DNA of 63,988 nt, filler included, from an uncultured bacterium (GCA_964371695.1; 4 parts of 4 records of this genome joined end to end with filler, not necessarily neighbours in it); one strand, 5' to 3'; positions 42,231 through 51,876 are shown, counted from the whole stretch's first letter. Notes: generated from the letters alone by a model not told the origin. Numbers and translations: made by a program.

Positions 42231-43553
42231 TTAGCCTCGCCTGCCCCTCACGCCCACCTGCTGTTTTTCGCGCTGGAGCTTGAAGATGTATTTCATGATG
42301 CGCTCCTTGGTGAATTCCGGCATGTTGCTGAACACCACGCCATAGCTGTACTTCCACTTGCGGTCGTGGCGCAGCTCCTGCACCCGCACCACCATGGCGG
42401 GCTGGGCCGGAAAAGCCAAGCCCTCCTCCAGCGTGAAATTGACCATGACCTCGTGGTTTTTCTCCAGTTTTTCGCGGGACTTAAAGCCCATGCCGCCACT
42501 GGAAATGTCGGTGGAAAGCGCCTCGATCTCTACCTTTTCTTCGCCGGCCTTGGGCGGCAGCCAATAGGTGTGGGCAAAGGAGACTTCTTCGCGCACCGCG
42601 CCACGCAACTGTTTTTTGAAAAGTTTGGCGGGGTGTTTGAGATAGAGCGTGCTGCCGGTGGCTTTTTCCACCGTGGCCGCAAACCGGTAACCCGCGCCCC
42701 GGCTTTGCCAGTTCACGTTCACATGGCCACCAGTCTGAAACCGCCCGCCCACGCGCTCGCTGGGCGGAAACCCCACCACGAGATGGCCGGGCGAAACATC
42801 GTCCAGGTTGCCCAGCAGCTTGTGGCCGTGTTCGTCGCTGATGTCCAGCATCTGGCCCACGGGCAAAAGCTCGGTGCCCACCCGGTAAGGTTCCTGATCC
42901 CACAACTCTTCCTTTTTCTGGGGAATGGCGATGGCGTGCGCGCCTTTTTTGGCCTTGAGTTTTTCGTAATCGGCCCGCATGGCCGTGATGGTTTCCACGC
43001 CCCAGCGGCTCAGGCGGTCCACGTGGGCCTGCGTAACCTGAGTGCCCTGGTGCAGCATGACCGCGCCGCGCACCTCCACCGGCTGCGCCAGCACCAGACC
43101 ATCCAGAATCTGGTTGATGGGCACCTGCACATAGGGGCTGCCCTCTTCGCCGCGCACCTCGGCGGGGGGGCCTTCTGCGCCCTCTGGCGGCGCAGGGGGC
43201 ACGATTTTTTCAATGCGCGGCACGATTTTTTCGGCGTCCACCGGCGCGAGCCAGAAATCGTTGACGCCATATTTCTTGGCCTTGAGCAGGTTTTCCTTTT
43301 GGGCGACATTGCTGAGAATGGCCACCTGAGCGTCGGGGTTGAACTCACGCATGAGCATGAGCGCGGGGGTCTGGTCTTCTTCGGGCAGGCGTTGCAGCAA
43401 AATCACCAGGGCCGGGTCTTCGGTGATCACCTCGGCCACCTCCACCTGCTCGCCGGGGCCGGGTTTCACGCCATAACCCTTTTTTTCAAGGGCGCTGCGC
43501 AGGGGCGCGAACTCTTCTTCGGGCCATGTGCCGATGAGCCAAATGTCGGGCAT
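42231..43553 (-). CDS. Receiver-like plus YcgR/PilZ domain protein
   Basis: Degenerate REC N-terminus; PilZ motifs QLRGAVR and DISSGG; ends IMKYIFKLQR. Confidence 0.85.
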   Translation of the reverse strand: MPDIWLIGTWPEEEFAPLRSALEKKGYGVKPGPGEQVEVAEVITEDPALVILLQRLPEEDQTPALMLMREFNPDAQVAILSNVAQKENLLKAKKYGVNDFWLAPVDAEKIVPRIEKIVPPAPPEGAEGPPAEVRGEEGSPYVQVPINQILDGLVLAQPVEVRGAVMLHQGTQVTQAHVDRLSRWGVETITAMRADYEKLKAKKGAHAIAIPQKKEELWDQEPYRVGTELLPVGQMLDISDEHGHKLLGNLDDVSPGHLVVGFPPSERVGGRFQTGGHVNVNWQSRGAGYRFAATVEKATGSTLYLKHPAKLFKKQLRGAVREEVSFAHTYWLPPKAGEEKVEIEALSTDISSGGMGFKSREKLEKNHEVMVNFTLEEGLAFPAQPAMVVRVQELRHDRKWKYSYGVVFSNMPEFTKERIMKYIFKLQREKQQVGVRGRRG

Positions 43554-43758
43554 GGAGGGGATTATAGAACTCATCGCGCACGTGCCATGAGATGTGAAGC
43601 AGAGATTGCGGCGGGGTGAGCCCAACCCCATGGAACCAAAAAACCAGTTGATTAAACCCGCGAGAAATTTTTTTTGAAACTCCTTTGCGGTGTCAGAGGG
43701 AAACGTTTAATTGGGTTCAGGCAAGGGAACACAACGGCAAACCCCACAAGGAGACAGC

Positions 43759-44307
43759 ATGACCCAACCCGACTCCAACCCCACCCCGGCAATGGTTTCT
43801 TCCCCCGATGAAACCACTCAGGCCGACGGTGAGGGACATGATCCTTCCACCCCCGCGCCCCAGGCCCGGCTGGCCCGGCTGGTGCGTGAGAACAAACGGC
43901 TCAAAAAAGCCCTGAAGGATCACCGCGCCCTGGGCGCAGCAGACGGATTGGCGGTTTCAGATGACGAAACCGGGCGGCTGAAGGGAGAAATCGAATCTCT
44001 TCAGCAGGCGCTGAACCTTGAGAAACAAAGTTCCCTGCTTCGTCTGGCAGCCTTTCGGTTGGGCGCGGCAGACCCTGAAGACGTGGTGAGCGCGCTCGCG
44101 GGCGAACTGGTTGAACAGTCCGCCGAAGACGCCGTGGCCGCGCTCAGGGCCCGCAAGCCCCACTGGTTCACGGGGCATGGCCCCAGCGGCATGCCAGGCC
44201 ATCCGGCGGCGGCCCCCGGCGCGGGGCCGCTTGCTGCGGCGGCGGCGCTTTTGCGCGAGCGCGGCGACACCCTGGGCCTGCTGCGCCTGGCGCAGGACGT
44301 GTTGTAA
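43759..44307 (+). CDS. Putative phage capsid scaffolding protein
   Basis: Disordered N-terminus, coiled coil (RLVRENKRLK), AVAALRARKPHWF followed by a G/P-rich tail; precedes the capsid gene; SD AAGGAG. Confidence 0.7.
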   Translation: MTQPDSNPTPAMVSSPDETTQADGEGHDPSTPAPQARLARLVRENKRLKKALKDHRALGAADGLAVSDDETGRLKGEIESLQQALNLEKQSSLLRLAAFRLGAADPEDVVSALAGELVEQSAEDAVAALRARKPHWFTGHGPSGMPGHPAAAPGAGPLAAAAALLRERGDTLGLLRLAQDVL

Positions 44308-44570
44308 TACCAATTTCCAACCAAAATAACATTAACTCTGAGCGATGAACCGGTTTGGAAACGGGTGCTGCGAAGTCAGACGGTTCGGTGAAAATTGGTA
44401 TGAATTCATGGATGAATTCAACTCGAACACCGAGGCCCAGACAGGGCCGGAGGTGTTCGCGGCGCAAGCGGGCTTTGCCTGCGCCGCGCCGGGCCGTAGC
44501 CATTCACGACGAATGGCAAGGCCAATAAAACCAATGAACATTCCTGCTATTTTGAATGTTCATTGGTATA
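44305..44570. mobile_element. MITE-like palindromic element with (T)ATACCAAT termini
   Basis: ATACCAATTT/AAATTGGTAT and ACCAATGAACATTC/GAATGTTCATTGGT inverted repeats; starts at the scaffold stop codon. Confidence 0.6.
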
Positions 44571-44789
44571 AAGACCCCGAAGGAGTGGGTGCGGTGTCCC
44601 CACCGCACACAAACCAAAAGAAAAGCAAGGGTTTTGCCATTCGCGGCGGTGTGGACACCGCCGCTACTCCGAAAAAGTCAGCACTGATGGGCAAAACGCC
44701 CTGATCACTGCGGACTTGTTGTCCGCGCCTTTTCCGCCGCTTTTTTCCGTCAAACCCAACCCCCACCCACCATTTTTGAGGAGGACTTC

Positions 44790-45920
44790 ATGGCTTATCC
44801 CACCGGTTATCAGGAACTGGGCAACACCCCGGTTGTGACCTACGACGAAATTTTCCGCCGCATCATTCAAGAGGCGGGCGGCATCAAGGCCCGCATTCAG
44901 GATGACCCCATTCAGGCCGACACCGACGGCGAATCGCTGGTGTATTACGACCGCGTCATCCGCCCCACCTACACCTCTCTCAGCGCCGCCGCCACGGTGG
45001 GGGCCACCACCCTTTCGGTGACGAGCGAGGCGGGCTTTTTTGTGAACGACCTCATCCAGGCCGAGAACAGCGCCGAGGTGATTCGTGTGACCGCCGTGGC
45101 CGCAGGCAGCCTCACGGTGAGCCGCGGCTTTGGCGGCAGCACCGCCGAGGCCATCGCAAACAGCACACGCCTCAACCGCATCGAACGCGCCAATCTGGAG
45201 GGCGACGCCGGTTATGACACCGCCGCCAACCCCGCCACACCGCGCACCAACGAATTCTGGCGCGCCCATGTGGTGTATGGCGTGACCGGCGACAACGAAG
45301 CCACCGCCCACCACGGCGGCCTGCCTGCAGGCACGAAACTGGCTTTTGAGCAGCGCGAGGCGCTCATCCGCGTGATGTACGGTTTTGAGCGGATGCTGCT
45401 TTATGGTGTGCAGCAGCGCGCCACCAAGGCCCAAGGGGGCAGTTTTCAGGGCCTTTTGCAAAGCATTGGCCTGCACAGCGCGGGCGCGGCGGTGCAAAAC
45501 ACCGTGGGGGCCATCACCAGCGACAAACTCACCCAGAGCGTGGAGCGCATCGCCACCCGTGGCGGCAACCCCAACGCCATTTACCTGCACCCCACGTTGA
45601 TTGGCCCACTGGTGGATGAACTTTCCGCCAACCTCACGGTGGACTCATCCAACGACACCCTGGGCCTGGTGGTGCGGCGGTTTGTGGCCGAAACAGGCCA
45701 CGTGCTGGCGCTGGTGCCCGACCGCAGCATCAACCCCCAGCACGTGGTGGTGCTGGACGAAACCATGCCCACGCTGGTGTGGAAACGCCGCATTGGCGTC
45801 ACCGATCTGGCGCAGGACGCCAACGACCAGCGCCGCCAGAAACTCAACTTTCAGGTGTCGCTGCAATATCCCAACGCCGGCGAAACCGCCGAGTGGCTCA
45901 AGGGCGTGACACCCGCTTAA
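44790..45920 (+). CDS. Putative major capsid protein (DUF5309/SU10-like, HK97 fold) with inserted beta domain
   Basis: ANLEGDA, RTN, FERMLLYG, GLLQSI, GGNPNAIY, LVPDRSI, DLAQD, KGVT end; 376 aa; SD GAGGAGG. Confidence 0.8.
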   Translation: MAYPTGYQELGNTPVVTYDEIFRRIIQEAGGIKARIQDDPIQADTDGESLVYYDRVIRPTYTSLSAAATVGATTLSVTSEAGFFVNDLIQAENSAEVIRVTAVAAGSLTVSRGFGGSTAEAIANSTRLNRIERANLEGDAGYDTAANPATPRTNEFWRAHVVYGVTGDNEATAHHGGLPAGTKLAFEQREALIRVMYGFERMLLYGVQQRATKAQGGSFQGLLQSIGLHSAGAAVQNTVGAITSDKLTQSVERIATRGGNPNAIYLHPTLIGPLVDELSANLTVDSSNDTLGLVVRRFVAETGHVLALVPDRSINPQHVVVLDETMPTLVWKRRIGVTDLAQDANDQRRQKLNFQVSLQYPNAGETAEWLKGVTPA

Positions 45921-45954
45921 CCCGCTCTTTTCTGCAACCAGGGTTTTCCTCTCT

Positions 45955-46141
45955 TTAAACCTGTTTATAAAGTCCGTCGTGGACTTTATAAACCCAACGC
46001 CTTCAGGGGCAAAGCCCCCTCGGCGTGGCGAAAACCTCCGCTTTTTCGAAGCTCCGGTTTTCGAGGGCGGTCATCCATGACCGCAAGAGCCTGTTTGATA
46101 TGCGCCATGTTGTTACACAGTGCATTTTATAAACAGGCTCT
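45955..46141. repeat. Hairpin repeat (AAAGTCC...GGACTTT family) plus AGAGCCTGTTT mini-element
   Basis: GTTTATAAAGTCCGTCGTGGACTTTATAAAC; related hairpins at about 19148-19175, 34904-34929, 4243-4274 and 22357-22389. Confidence 0.7.
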
Positions 46142-46397
46142 TTGTTCCGCCAACCGTGAAATGGCTTTGCAAGACGCCACCCCACCTGAGCCGGTTTATC
46201 CGTCATCAGAAAAAGAAAAGCAGCGTTCTTCGGCCACCGCACCAAAACCACACGGCGCAGAACTTTCCCCTCACCTCACGAGAACCCTGGCATATCCGAA
46301 TAACGGGGGCGGAACCCCGCCCCCTTTTCTTTCTCCCAAAGCGCATCACCAGACACGGGCGGCGGGAACAACTGTTCATGGCCTCTGACGCTGGATT

Positions 46398-46549
46398 CCC
46401 CCTCTCCCCTTTAATGGGGAGAGGGTTGGGGTGAGGGGTTTATTCAAAGAACAAAAACCAATCAGATGTTTTTTTTGTTTGAACCCCTCACCCGGATGAA
46501 CTGGCCAAAAAGAAGCCAGTCAATCCGACCTCTCCCTCAAGGGGAGAGG
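46398..46549. repeat. Family B REP doublet (CCCTCTCCC...GGGAGAGGG.TGGGGTGAGGG)
   Basis: Closely similar composite at 51883-52023; related copies at 53693-53712, 59235-59443 and 37399-37420. Confidence 0.85.
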
Positions 46550-46625
46550 TGACGATGGGAGCCTCTCCCCGCCAGGGAGCCACAGCAAACCCGCCCTCTT
46601 TTTTCTTCCACGAAAGGACACGGCA

Positions 46626-46868
46626 TTGAACCTCCTTTTCATGCTCACGCTTTCTGAAAACGGCCTGCCCCCCGCCACTGTTGCGGCGGCCCTGTCAGAC
46701 CCCACCGTGGAGTTTCGCCTGTTACGTCACCACACACAGCCCCAGGCCATTTTGCGCACTGATCTGGAACTGGCCCCGGCTGAAGGCGTAGAGGTTCTTT
46801 CTGCCCAGCAGGCCCAGGGGTTTTATGACGCCGGGGGTTATGAAGAAATCGCCGGGGGGGTGGTGTGA
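46626..46868 (+). CDS. Small hypothetical protein of the phage-like cluster
   Basis: SD AAGGA before TTG; stop overlaps the next start (TGATG). Confidence 0.65.
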   Translation: MNLLFMLTLSENGLPPATVAAALSDPTVEFRLLRHHTQPQAILRTDLELAPAEGVEVLSAQQAQGFYDAGGYEEIAGGVV

Positions 46869-48019
46869 TGCCCGGCCCCAACATCCTTTTGAGCGACACC
46901 CTGCGCGCCGCCGATCCCCTCAAGTGGCAGGCCGTGTTCACCGGCGCACAGCACGCCTACGCCCCTGACGGTCTTTTGACCTATGGTGCAGCGGCTTACC
47001 CCAACTACGGCCTCGTCAGCCTGGGAACCTTCAGCCGCACCAACCTGGTGCTGGTGTTCACCCAGGCGGCTTATCTGAACACCATCGGCAATTTTTTCGG
47101 CTACGCCAACGATTTGCCCGGCACACTGCGGGCCATACAAAACGGCACCTTCGCTGCCCTGAACAACGACCGGATTTTTGGTTACGGTTATTCCGGCGGC
47201 GTGCTGGTGGAATCGGTGAACGGCGGCACGGTGTTGCAAAGCACCGCCCCCGTGCAGCGATTCTGGGGCGCCATGAAACTGCTGGGCACCGGCGCGTTGA
47301 TCAAATGGCGCAAGGGCGACGCCGGCCCCTGGACCGCCGCCACCAACAACCCCGCCACCGGCAGCGCCACCAACCTGAACGTGGTGGTGGGCGTGCCTTA
47401 TTCCGCCGGTGTGGGCGTGGTGTGGGGCGTGGCGGCAGAGCAGAGCGATGGGGATTTCAGCGACGCACGCCTCGACGCCATCGTCACCGCCGCCAACCTC
47501 CGGCCCGGTTACGCCGCCGCCAACCCGCGCCACACCCTGGCGGCCCGCGCCCTGCAAATCGGCCGCAGCAACGTGGTGACGGTGGAGTTGCAGGACGGCG
47601 ACCGACCCCTCACCGGCGTCGCCCCCGCCGAAGTGGCCTGCACACTGGTGAAAAACGGCGTGGCCGGCGCAAAAACTTTGACCGCGCTCAACTTCACCGA
47701 AGTGGACGCCGTGAACGCGCCGGGGCTTTATCGCCTCGTCCTCGACAAAACCGACGTGAACGCCCTGGGTGAACTGGTGGTGATGGTGACGCCCCCCGCC
47801 GGTTCGTGGCGGTTTGCGCCCTTCAAGGCCCGCTGCGAAGTGACCGCGCTGGAGGCCATGACGCTGAACGCCAAAACCGCCGGCCTGAGCGGCCTTGTCA
47901 CGGTGAAAGACGCCGACGGCCTGCCGCTTTTCAGCACGCAATACAAACGGGTGGACACACAGGACATGACCCTGCCCGCCACGCATTTTGGCGGCCACGG
48001 CGGATGGAGCCAGACATGA
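46868..48019 (+). CDS. Putative virion accessory or decoration protein (beta-rich, two domains)
   Basis: G/A/T/N-rich; C-terminal FTEVDAVNAPGLYRL motif reminiscent of virion Ig-like domains; coupled to its neighbours. Confidence 0.6.
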   Translation: MPGPNILLSDTLRAADPLKWQAVFTGAQHAYAPDGLLTYGAAAYPNYGLVSLGTFSRTNLVLVFTQAAYLNTIGNFFGYANDLPGTLRAIQNGTFAALNNDRIFGYGYSGGVLVESVNGGTVLQSTAPVQRFWGAMKLLGTGALIKWRKGDAGPWTAATNNPATGSATNLNVVVGVPYSAGVGVVWGVAAEQSDGDFSDARLDAIVTAANLRPGYAAANPRHTLAARALQIGRSNVVTVELQDGDRPLTGVAPAEVACTLVKNGVAGAKTLTALNFTEVDAVNAPGLYRLVLDKTDVNALGELVVMVTPPAGSWRFAPFKARCEVTALEAMTLNAKTAGLSGLVTVKDADGLPLFSTQYKRVDTQDMTLPATHFGGHGGWSQT

Positions 48020-48144
48020 CCCCCGACCTCTTTGCCCTGGGCCAGAGCCCCGACGGCTCGGACATCATCGTGTCCAACACACTGGCGGAACTGACCCTGG
48101 AACTCAAAAACAACGACATCGCCTTGGAGGTGGAAGAAACATGA
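48016..48144 (+). CDS. 42-aa hypothetical peptide
   Basis: ATGA overlaps at both ends; SD GGAG. Confidence 0.6.
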   Translation: MTPDLFALGQSPDGSDIIVSNTLAELTLELKNNDIALEVEET

Positions 48145-48488
48145 GCACCGCCGTGAAACAGGTGTTTTACAACGAAGGCCCCACCACGGTGACCGTGCGC
48201 CTTTTGAGCGACGGCGCGGCGCTGGACCTGACGGCCTATGACACCGTGGCCCTTGAGCTGCGCGACAGGCCCATCACGCTGGGCACCGACACGCCCCAGC
48301 TCAGCGTCACCGGCTGGTTTGTGGATCAGGCCGGGGGGCGCGTGTCTTTTGATGTGGCTGCGGCCCACACCGTGTCGCTGGGGCTGGGGCGGTTTTCAGC
48401 CCAGGTGGTCTGCTCCAACGCCGGTGGCGACAGGATCAAAAGCCCGCTGTTCACGCTGGTGATCAAGGGAGGAACCTCTGGTGTCTGA
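48141..48488 (+). CDS. Small beta-sandwich virion protein (BppU N-terminal-like)
   Basis: TVRLLSDGAALDLT...VDQAGGRVSF...GRFSAQV pattern; SD GGAGG. Confidence 0.55.
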   Translation: MSTAVKQVFYNEGPTTVTVRLLSDGAALDLTAYDTVALELRDRPITLGTDTPQLSVTGWFVDQAGGRVSFDVAAAHTVSLGLGRFSAQVVCSNAGGDRIKSPLFTLVIKGGTSGV

Positions 48489-48900
48489 ACCCTTTTCCTT
48501 CATCCTCACCGCCACCGACGTGCTGTTGGAAGAACCCCAGGCCCTCACCCTCAGCCCGCACCCCGACGACCAGAATCTGGCCACGCTCATTCAGCGTCAG
48601 GGCGACGTGTTGCTGCGCAAACTGCGCCAGCGGGGCGTGGACCCGGCCGCCCTCACCAGCGCCGCCGACACGCTGGTGCGCGAGATGCATCTCTATCAGG
48701 TGTTGTGCGCGCTTTATGCCCGCGCCATGCGCTCGGCGGGCGACCGTTATCACCTGCTGCTGCAACACTATGAGCGCGAGCTGGACAACGCCCTGGAGCG
48801 CGAGGCCTTGGGCCTGGACACCGACGCCGATGGCGCAACCGACACCGAAGGCAGCGCACGCCTGCGGGCCACGCGGCTGAAAACAGAGGTGAGCGAATGA
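48481..48900 (+). CDS. Putative head-tail adaptor/connector
   Basis: 139 aa, helical, ends in LDTDADGATD; position after the capsid; SD GGAGG. Confidence 0.55.
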   Translation: MSEPFSFILTATDVLLEEPQALTLSPHPDDQNLATLIQRQGDVLLRKLRQRGVDPAALTSAADTLVREMHLYQVLCALYARAMRSAGDRYHLLLQHYERELDNALEREALGLDTDADGATDTEGSARLRATRLKTEVSE

Positions 48901-49325
48901 CCACCTGGACCACCATTCACAACGCCTTCTGCAAAAAACTCGTGGACCTGGGTTATCGCCCCCTCGGCTCCCTGGACATTGGCGAGGCCACCTTTGGTGA
49001 ACTGGACGGCGGCTTTGGCGTGAGCGCCCTGGACGTGACCTTGGCCGAGCAGAACGTGAACGGCACCATGGACCGGGAATATCACGTGCGCGTCACCCTC
49101 ACCAGGCTGCTGGATCAATCCCGCCGCGCCGCCTCGGTGCAGGACCTGGTGGGACAGGAAGAAACCGTGGTGGCGGCGTTGTGTTCTTTTCCGTGGTATC
49201 GGGGCGAAGGCCTGCGCCGGGTGTTGTTCGAGCACACCGTTTTTCAGCACCAGTCCCGTGGCGTGGCCGGTTCCGTGGCCGTGGCCGAAGCCGATTTTCT
49301 TGTTCTTGTCCGCATGGGGGTTTAG
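48897..49325 (+). CDS. Putative tail terminator / head-tail completion protein
   Basis: 142 aa alpha/beta protein immediately before the tail tube; assigned mainly by synteny. Confidence 0.45.
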   Translation: MTTWTTIHNAFCKKLVDLGYRPLGSLDIGEATFGELDGGFGVSALDVTLAEQNVNGTMDREYHVRVTLTRLLDQSRRAASVQDLVGQEETVVAALCSFPWYRGEGLRRVLFEHTVFQHQSRGVAGSVAVAEADFLVLVRMGV

Positions 49326-49776
49326 GCGGCCTGAAACAATTGAGGGAGCAGGCGCAGTGTCCCCACCGTGCACAGACCACAAAAAAACCGGGCGTTTTTT
49401 TATTGTGACCTCACCCGGTTTTTCTTTTGGCCGTGGGGGGGGGGGGGGGGGCGCCGCGGCCGCATAAAAAATAAAAAAAAAAAAGATNNNNNNNNNNCCC
49501 CCCGTTTTTTTTTTTTGGGCGGGGGGGGGGGCCCCCCCCCCCCTAAAAAAAAAAACCAAAATTTTTTTTTTTTTGGGGGGGGGGGGGCCCCCCCCCGCCC
49601 CACTGAAAGAAAACAGAAAAAGAAAACAAAAAAGGTGTGGTGTTTTTGTTTCAACTGGCTTCCCGCTTTCGCGGGAATGACGACGGGGGAGACGAGAGCC
49701 TTTTTCTTTTCCAACCTCCGACTTCCAACTTCCATCCCCCTGTTTTCAACCACCAACTTCCACCCAAGGAGCTTCC

Positions 49777-51153
49777 ATGACCAGTCCCTATCCCGTTCGT
49801 CTCACACAGGCCCTGATGGCGGTGGAAAACAGCCCCGGCACAGACGCCGTGGCCCGCACCGTGACGCTGGAAGGAACCGTGAACGGCGTCAACACTGCCT
49901 TTGACATTCCAGAAAGCCACTTGGCCTACCAGCAGGTGGTGGGCAATGACTTCACCGCCTACAAAGACGGCGTGGCCGACAACGCCGCCACCTTTGCTGA
50001 AGGCACGGGCGCGGGCGGGCGGGACAGGCTCAACTTCAGCGTCGCCCCCGCCACCAGCGCCGCCGCCCGCGTGCTGCAGGGCGCGCCGCTCAACCTGGGG
50101 GCCTTTGCGCTGGAAACGGACATCACCCCCGTGGCCCGCGTGGCCTACACCCAGGGGCTGGACACTCCCGCGCCCAGGCCGGGACAGGTCAAGTCTGCCG
50201 CCCAGTTTGAAATGCCCCTGATGGCCGGTGTGAACGCCACACGCCCGCCCCCCATCGCGCCGGTGCTGAAAGCGGCGGGTTTTGACGAAACACAAAACGG
50301 CGCGGTGTGGACCTATGCCCTGAGCGCCGCACCCGCACCCGCCACGTTTTATGCCTGGCTGGGGGCCACCGTGCGCCGCCTGACGGGCGCGCTGGCGGAT
50401 GTGGATTTTGTATTCGAGGCAGGCCAGGCGGCCGTGGCGCGGGTGCTGCTGAACGGGGGGTTTCTTTCACCCGTGGATGCGGATTATCCCACTGGTCTTT
50501 CGCTGCCCGCCGGCCTGGAGCCGCTGTGCGAAAACATGGACCTCACCCTGGGCGACGACGCCCTCAGCGTCACCATCAACAACGCTGGGGGCTACACGGC
50601 GGCGGACACCACGCTGGTGCTGGTGTCCACCACGGGACTTGCAGCGGGGGATCTGCTGCGGGTGGAAACCACAGGTGAAATCCTGAAGGTCTCTGCCGTG
50701 GATTCCGCCACAACCGTTACGGTTTCGCGGGCAGAGCGCGCCACGGCGGCGGCGGCCGTGGCCAATGGCGCGGCACTGCGGCGGCTTTACCGGGTGGTGT
50801 GCCCGCGACTTTCACTCTCGCTCGGCAACGAACACGCCGACCGGCAGGACATGAACAGCGCCTTTGGCCTGAAGGGCCGCCTGATGACAGGCCGCACCGC
50901 CACCCTGAGCGTGGACATCGAGCCGATGACCGAAAACGAAAGGGCCTTCTGGCAGGACTTCGCCAGTCAACAGGCCGTAGCCATCGGTTTTTCGCTGGGC
51001 TTTGCCGCCGGAGAAAAAGTGGCCATCACGCTGCCCGCCGCCCGGCTCATCAAACCCCAGGACAAAAACGACAAGGAGAACTGGCTCTATTCGCTGGACT
51101 TCGCACTGGAAAAAACCGCCAGCGCCGCCGCCCTGACGCTTACGTTTTATTGA
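49777..51153 (+). CDS. Putative major tail tube protein with two inserted domains
   Basis: AVENSPGTD start, PPIAPVLKAAGF, ATFY, LTGA, LSLGNE, TGRT, TLTFY end; SD AAGGAG. Confidence 0.75.
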   Translation: MTSPYPVRLTQALMAVENSPGTDAVARTVTLEGTVNGVNTAFDIPESHLAYQQVVGNDFTAYKDGVADNAATFAEGTGAGGRDRLNFSVAPATSAAARVLQGAPLNLGAFALETDITPVARVAYTQGLDTPAPRPGQVKSAAQFEMPLMAGVNATRPPPIAPVLKAAGFDETQNGAVWTYALSAAPAPATFYAWLGATVRRLTGALADVDFVFEAGQAAVARVLLNGGFLSPVDADYPTGLSLPAGLEPLCENMDLTLGDDALSVTINNAGGYTAADTTLVLVSTTGLAAGDLLRVETTGEILKVSAVDSATTVTVSRAERATAAAAVANGAALRRLYRVVCPRLSLSLGNEHADRQDMNSAFGLKGRLMTGRTATLSVDIEPMTENERAFWQDFASQQAVAIGFSLGFAAGEKVAITLPAARLIKPQDKNDKENWLYSLDFALEKTASAAALTLTFY

Positions 51154-51193
51154 ACCTGAAGCGCTACACAATCCCCCCATCAAAGGAGCCGCC

Positions 51194-51586
51194 ATGGCCA
51201 TCAAACTGCTTCACCCCAACAAGCTGCTGCCCTTCTCGCTGGCGGGCGACACCGCCGAGCCGCGCACACGTTTCATGCTGCGGATGCTTTCTTCAGCCCG
51301 CCGCGACCTGTGGCTGGAGGAACTTTCCGGCCCCATGTCCCTCACCGAAAAAGACCCCCTGCGGCTTTTGGCGGCAGACCGATGGCGGGCGCTTTTTGGC
51401 GAGGTGGTGGCCGAGGTGCGCCACGTGGATCTGGACGACGGCCATGGCTGCCGCACGGTGAAGGGCGGCACAGCCGATTTTGACCAGATCAACCAGCGCC
51501 TGCCCGCCGAGGTGGTGGTGGAGGTCGCGAGCGCAGGACTGCTGGCCAACACGCTGAGCACACAGGAAAAAAAAGACTGCGCCTGA
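51194..51586 (+). CDS. Tail assembly chaperone (gpG-like)
   Basis: Between tube and tape measure; ends NTLSTQEKKDCA across an A8 run; SD AAGGAG. Confidence 0.75.
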   Translation: MAIKLLHPNKLLPFSLAGDTAEPRTRFMLRMLSSARRDLWLEELSGPMSLTEKDPLRLLAADRWRALFGEVVAEVRHVDLDDGHGCRTVKGGTADFDQINQRLPAEVVVEVASAGLLANTLSTQEKKDCA

Positions 51587-51876
51587 CGTGGCGGTTTTTG
51601 CGCCACGCGGATTCCTGGCGCTGTCAGGATGCCCCCTGCCAGACCCCCGCTGGCCGCGCCCACCACGGCTGCACCGGCCCGGCACAGAGAGCCATCTGGA
51701 AAGACCTGGGCGAAACGCTCACCCAGTGCCCCCTGAGCGAGGGCTGGATGGATGGTCTGGCCCCTGTTCTTAAGTCCGTTTTGTCTTTTCACCTCACGGG
51801 CCTGGCCCCCGCCGGAGCCAGCCAGTGGCGCAACCCCGCCGTGTTCATGGACGCACTGGAGACCCTGGTTTTTTGA
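51567..51876 (+). CDS. -1 frameshift extension (gpGT-like, Cys-containing)
   Basis: Slippery A_AAA_AAA at 51568-51574; the -1 frame is open to TGA 51876 and has no SD of its own. Confidence 0.7.

Noticed and set aside
44345-44704. ORF or structured ncRNA between scaffold and capsid
   Set aside because: The sequence is explained by stacked palindromic repeat elements; a regulatory RNA role cannot be supported without covariation data.
49390-49620. Homopolymer-rich stretch with Ns and Lys/Gly/Phe-rich ORFs
   Set aside because: Looks like low-quality read-end or gap-fill sequence inside a repeat; not treated as a gene or a G-quadruplex signal.
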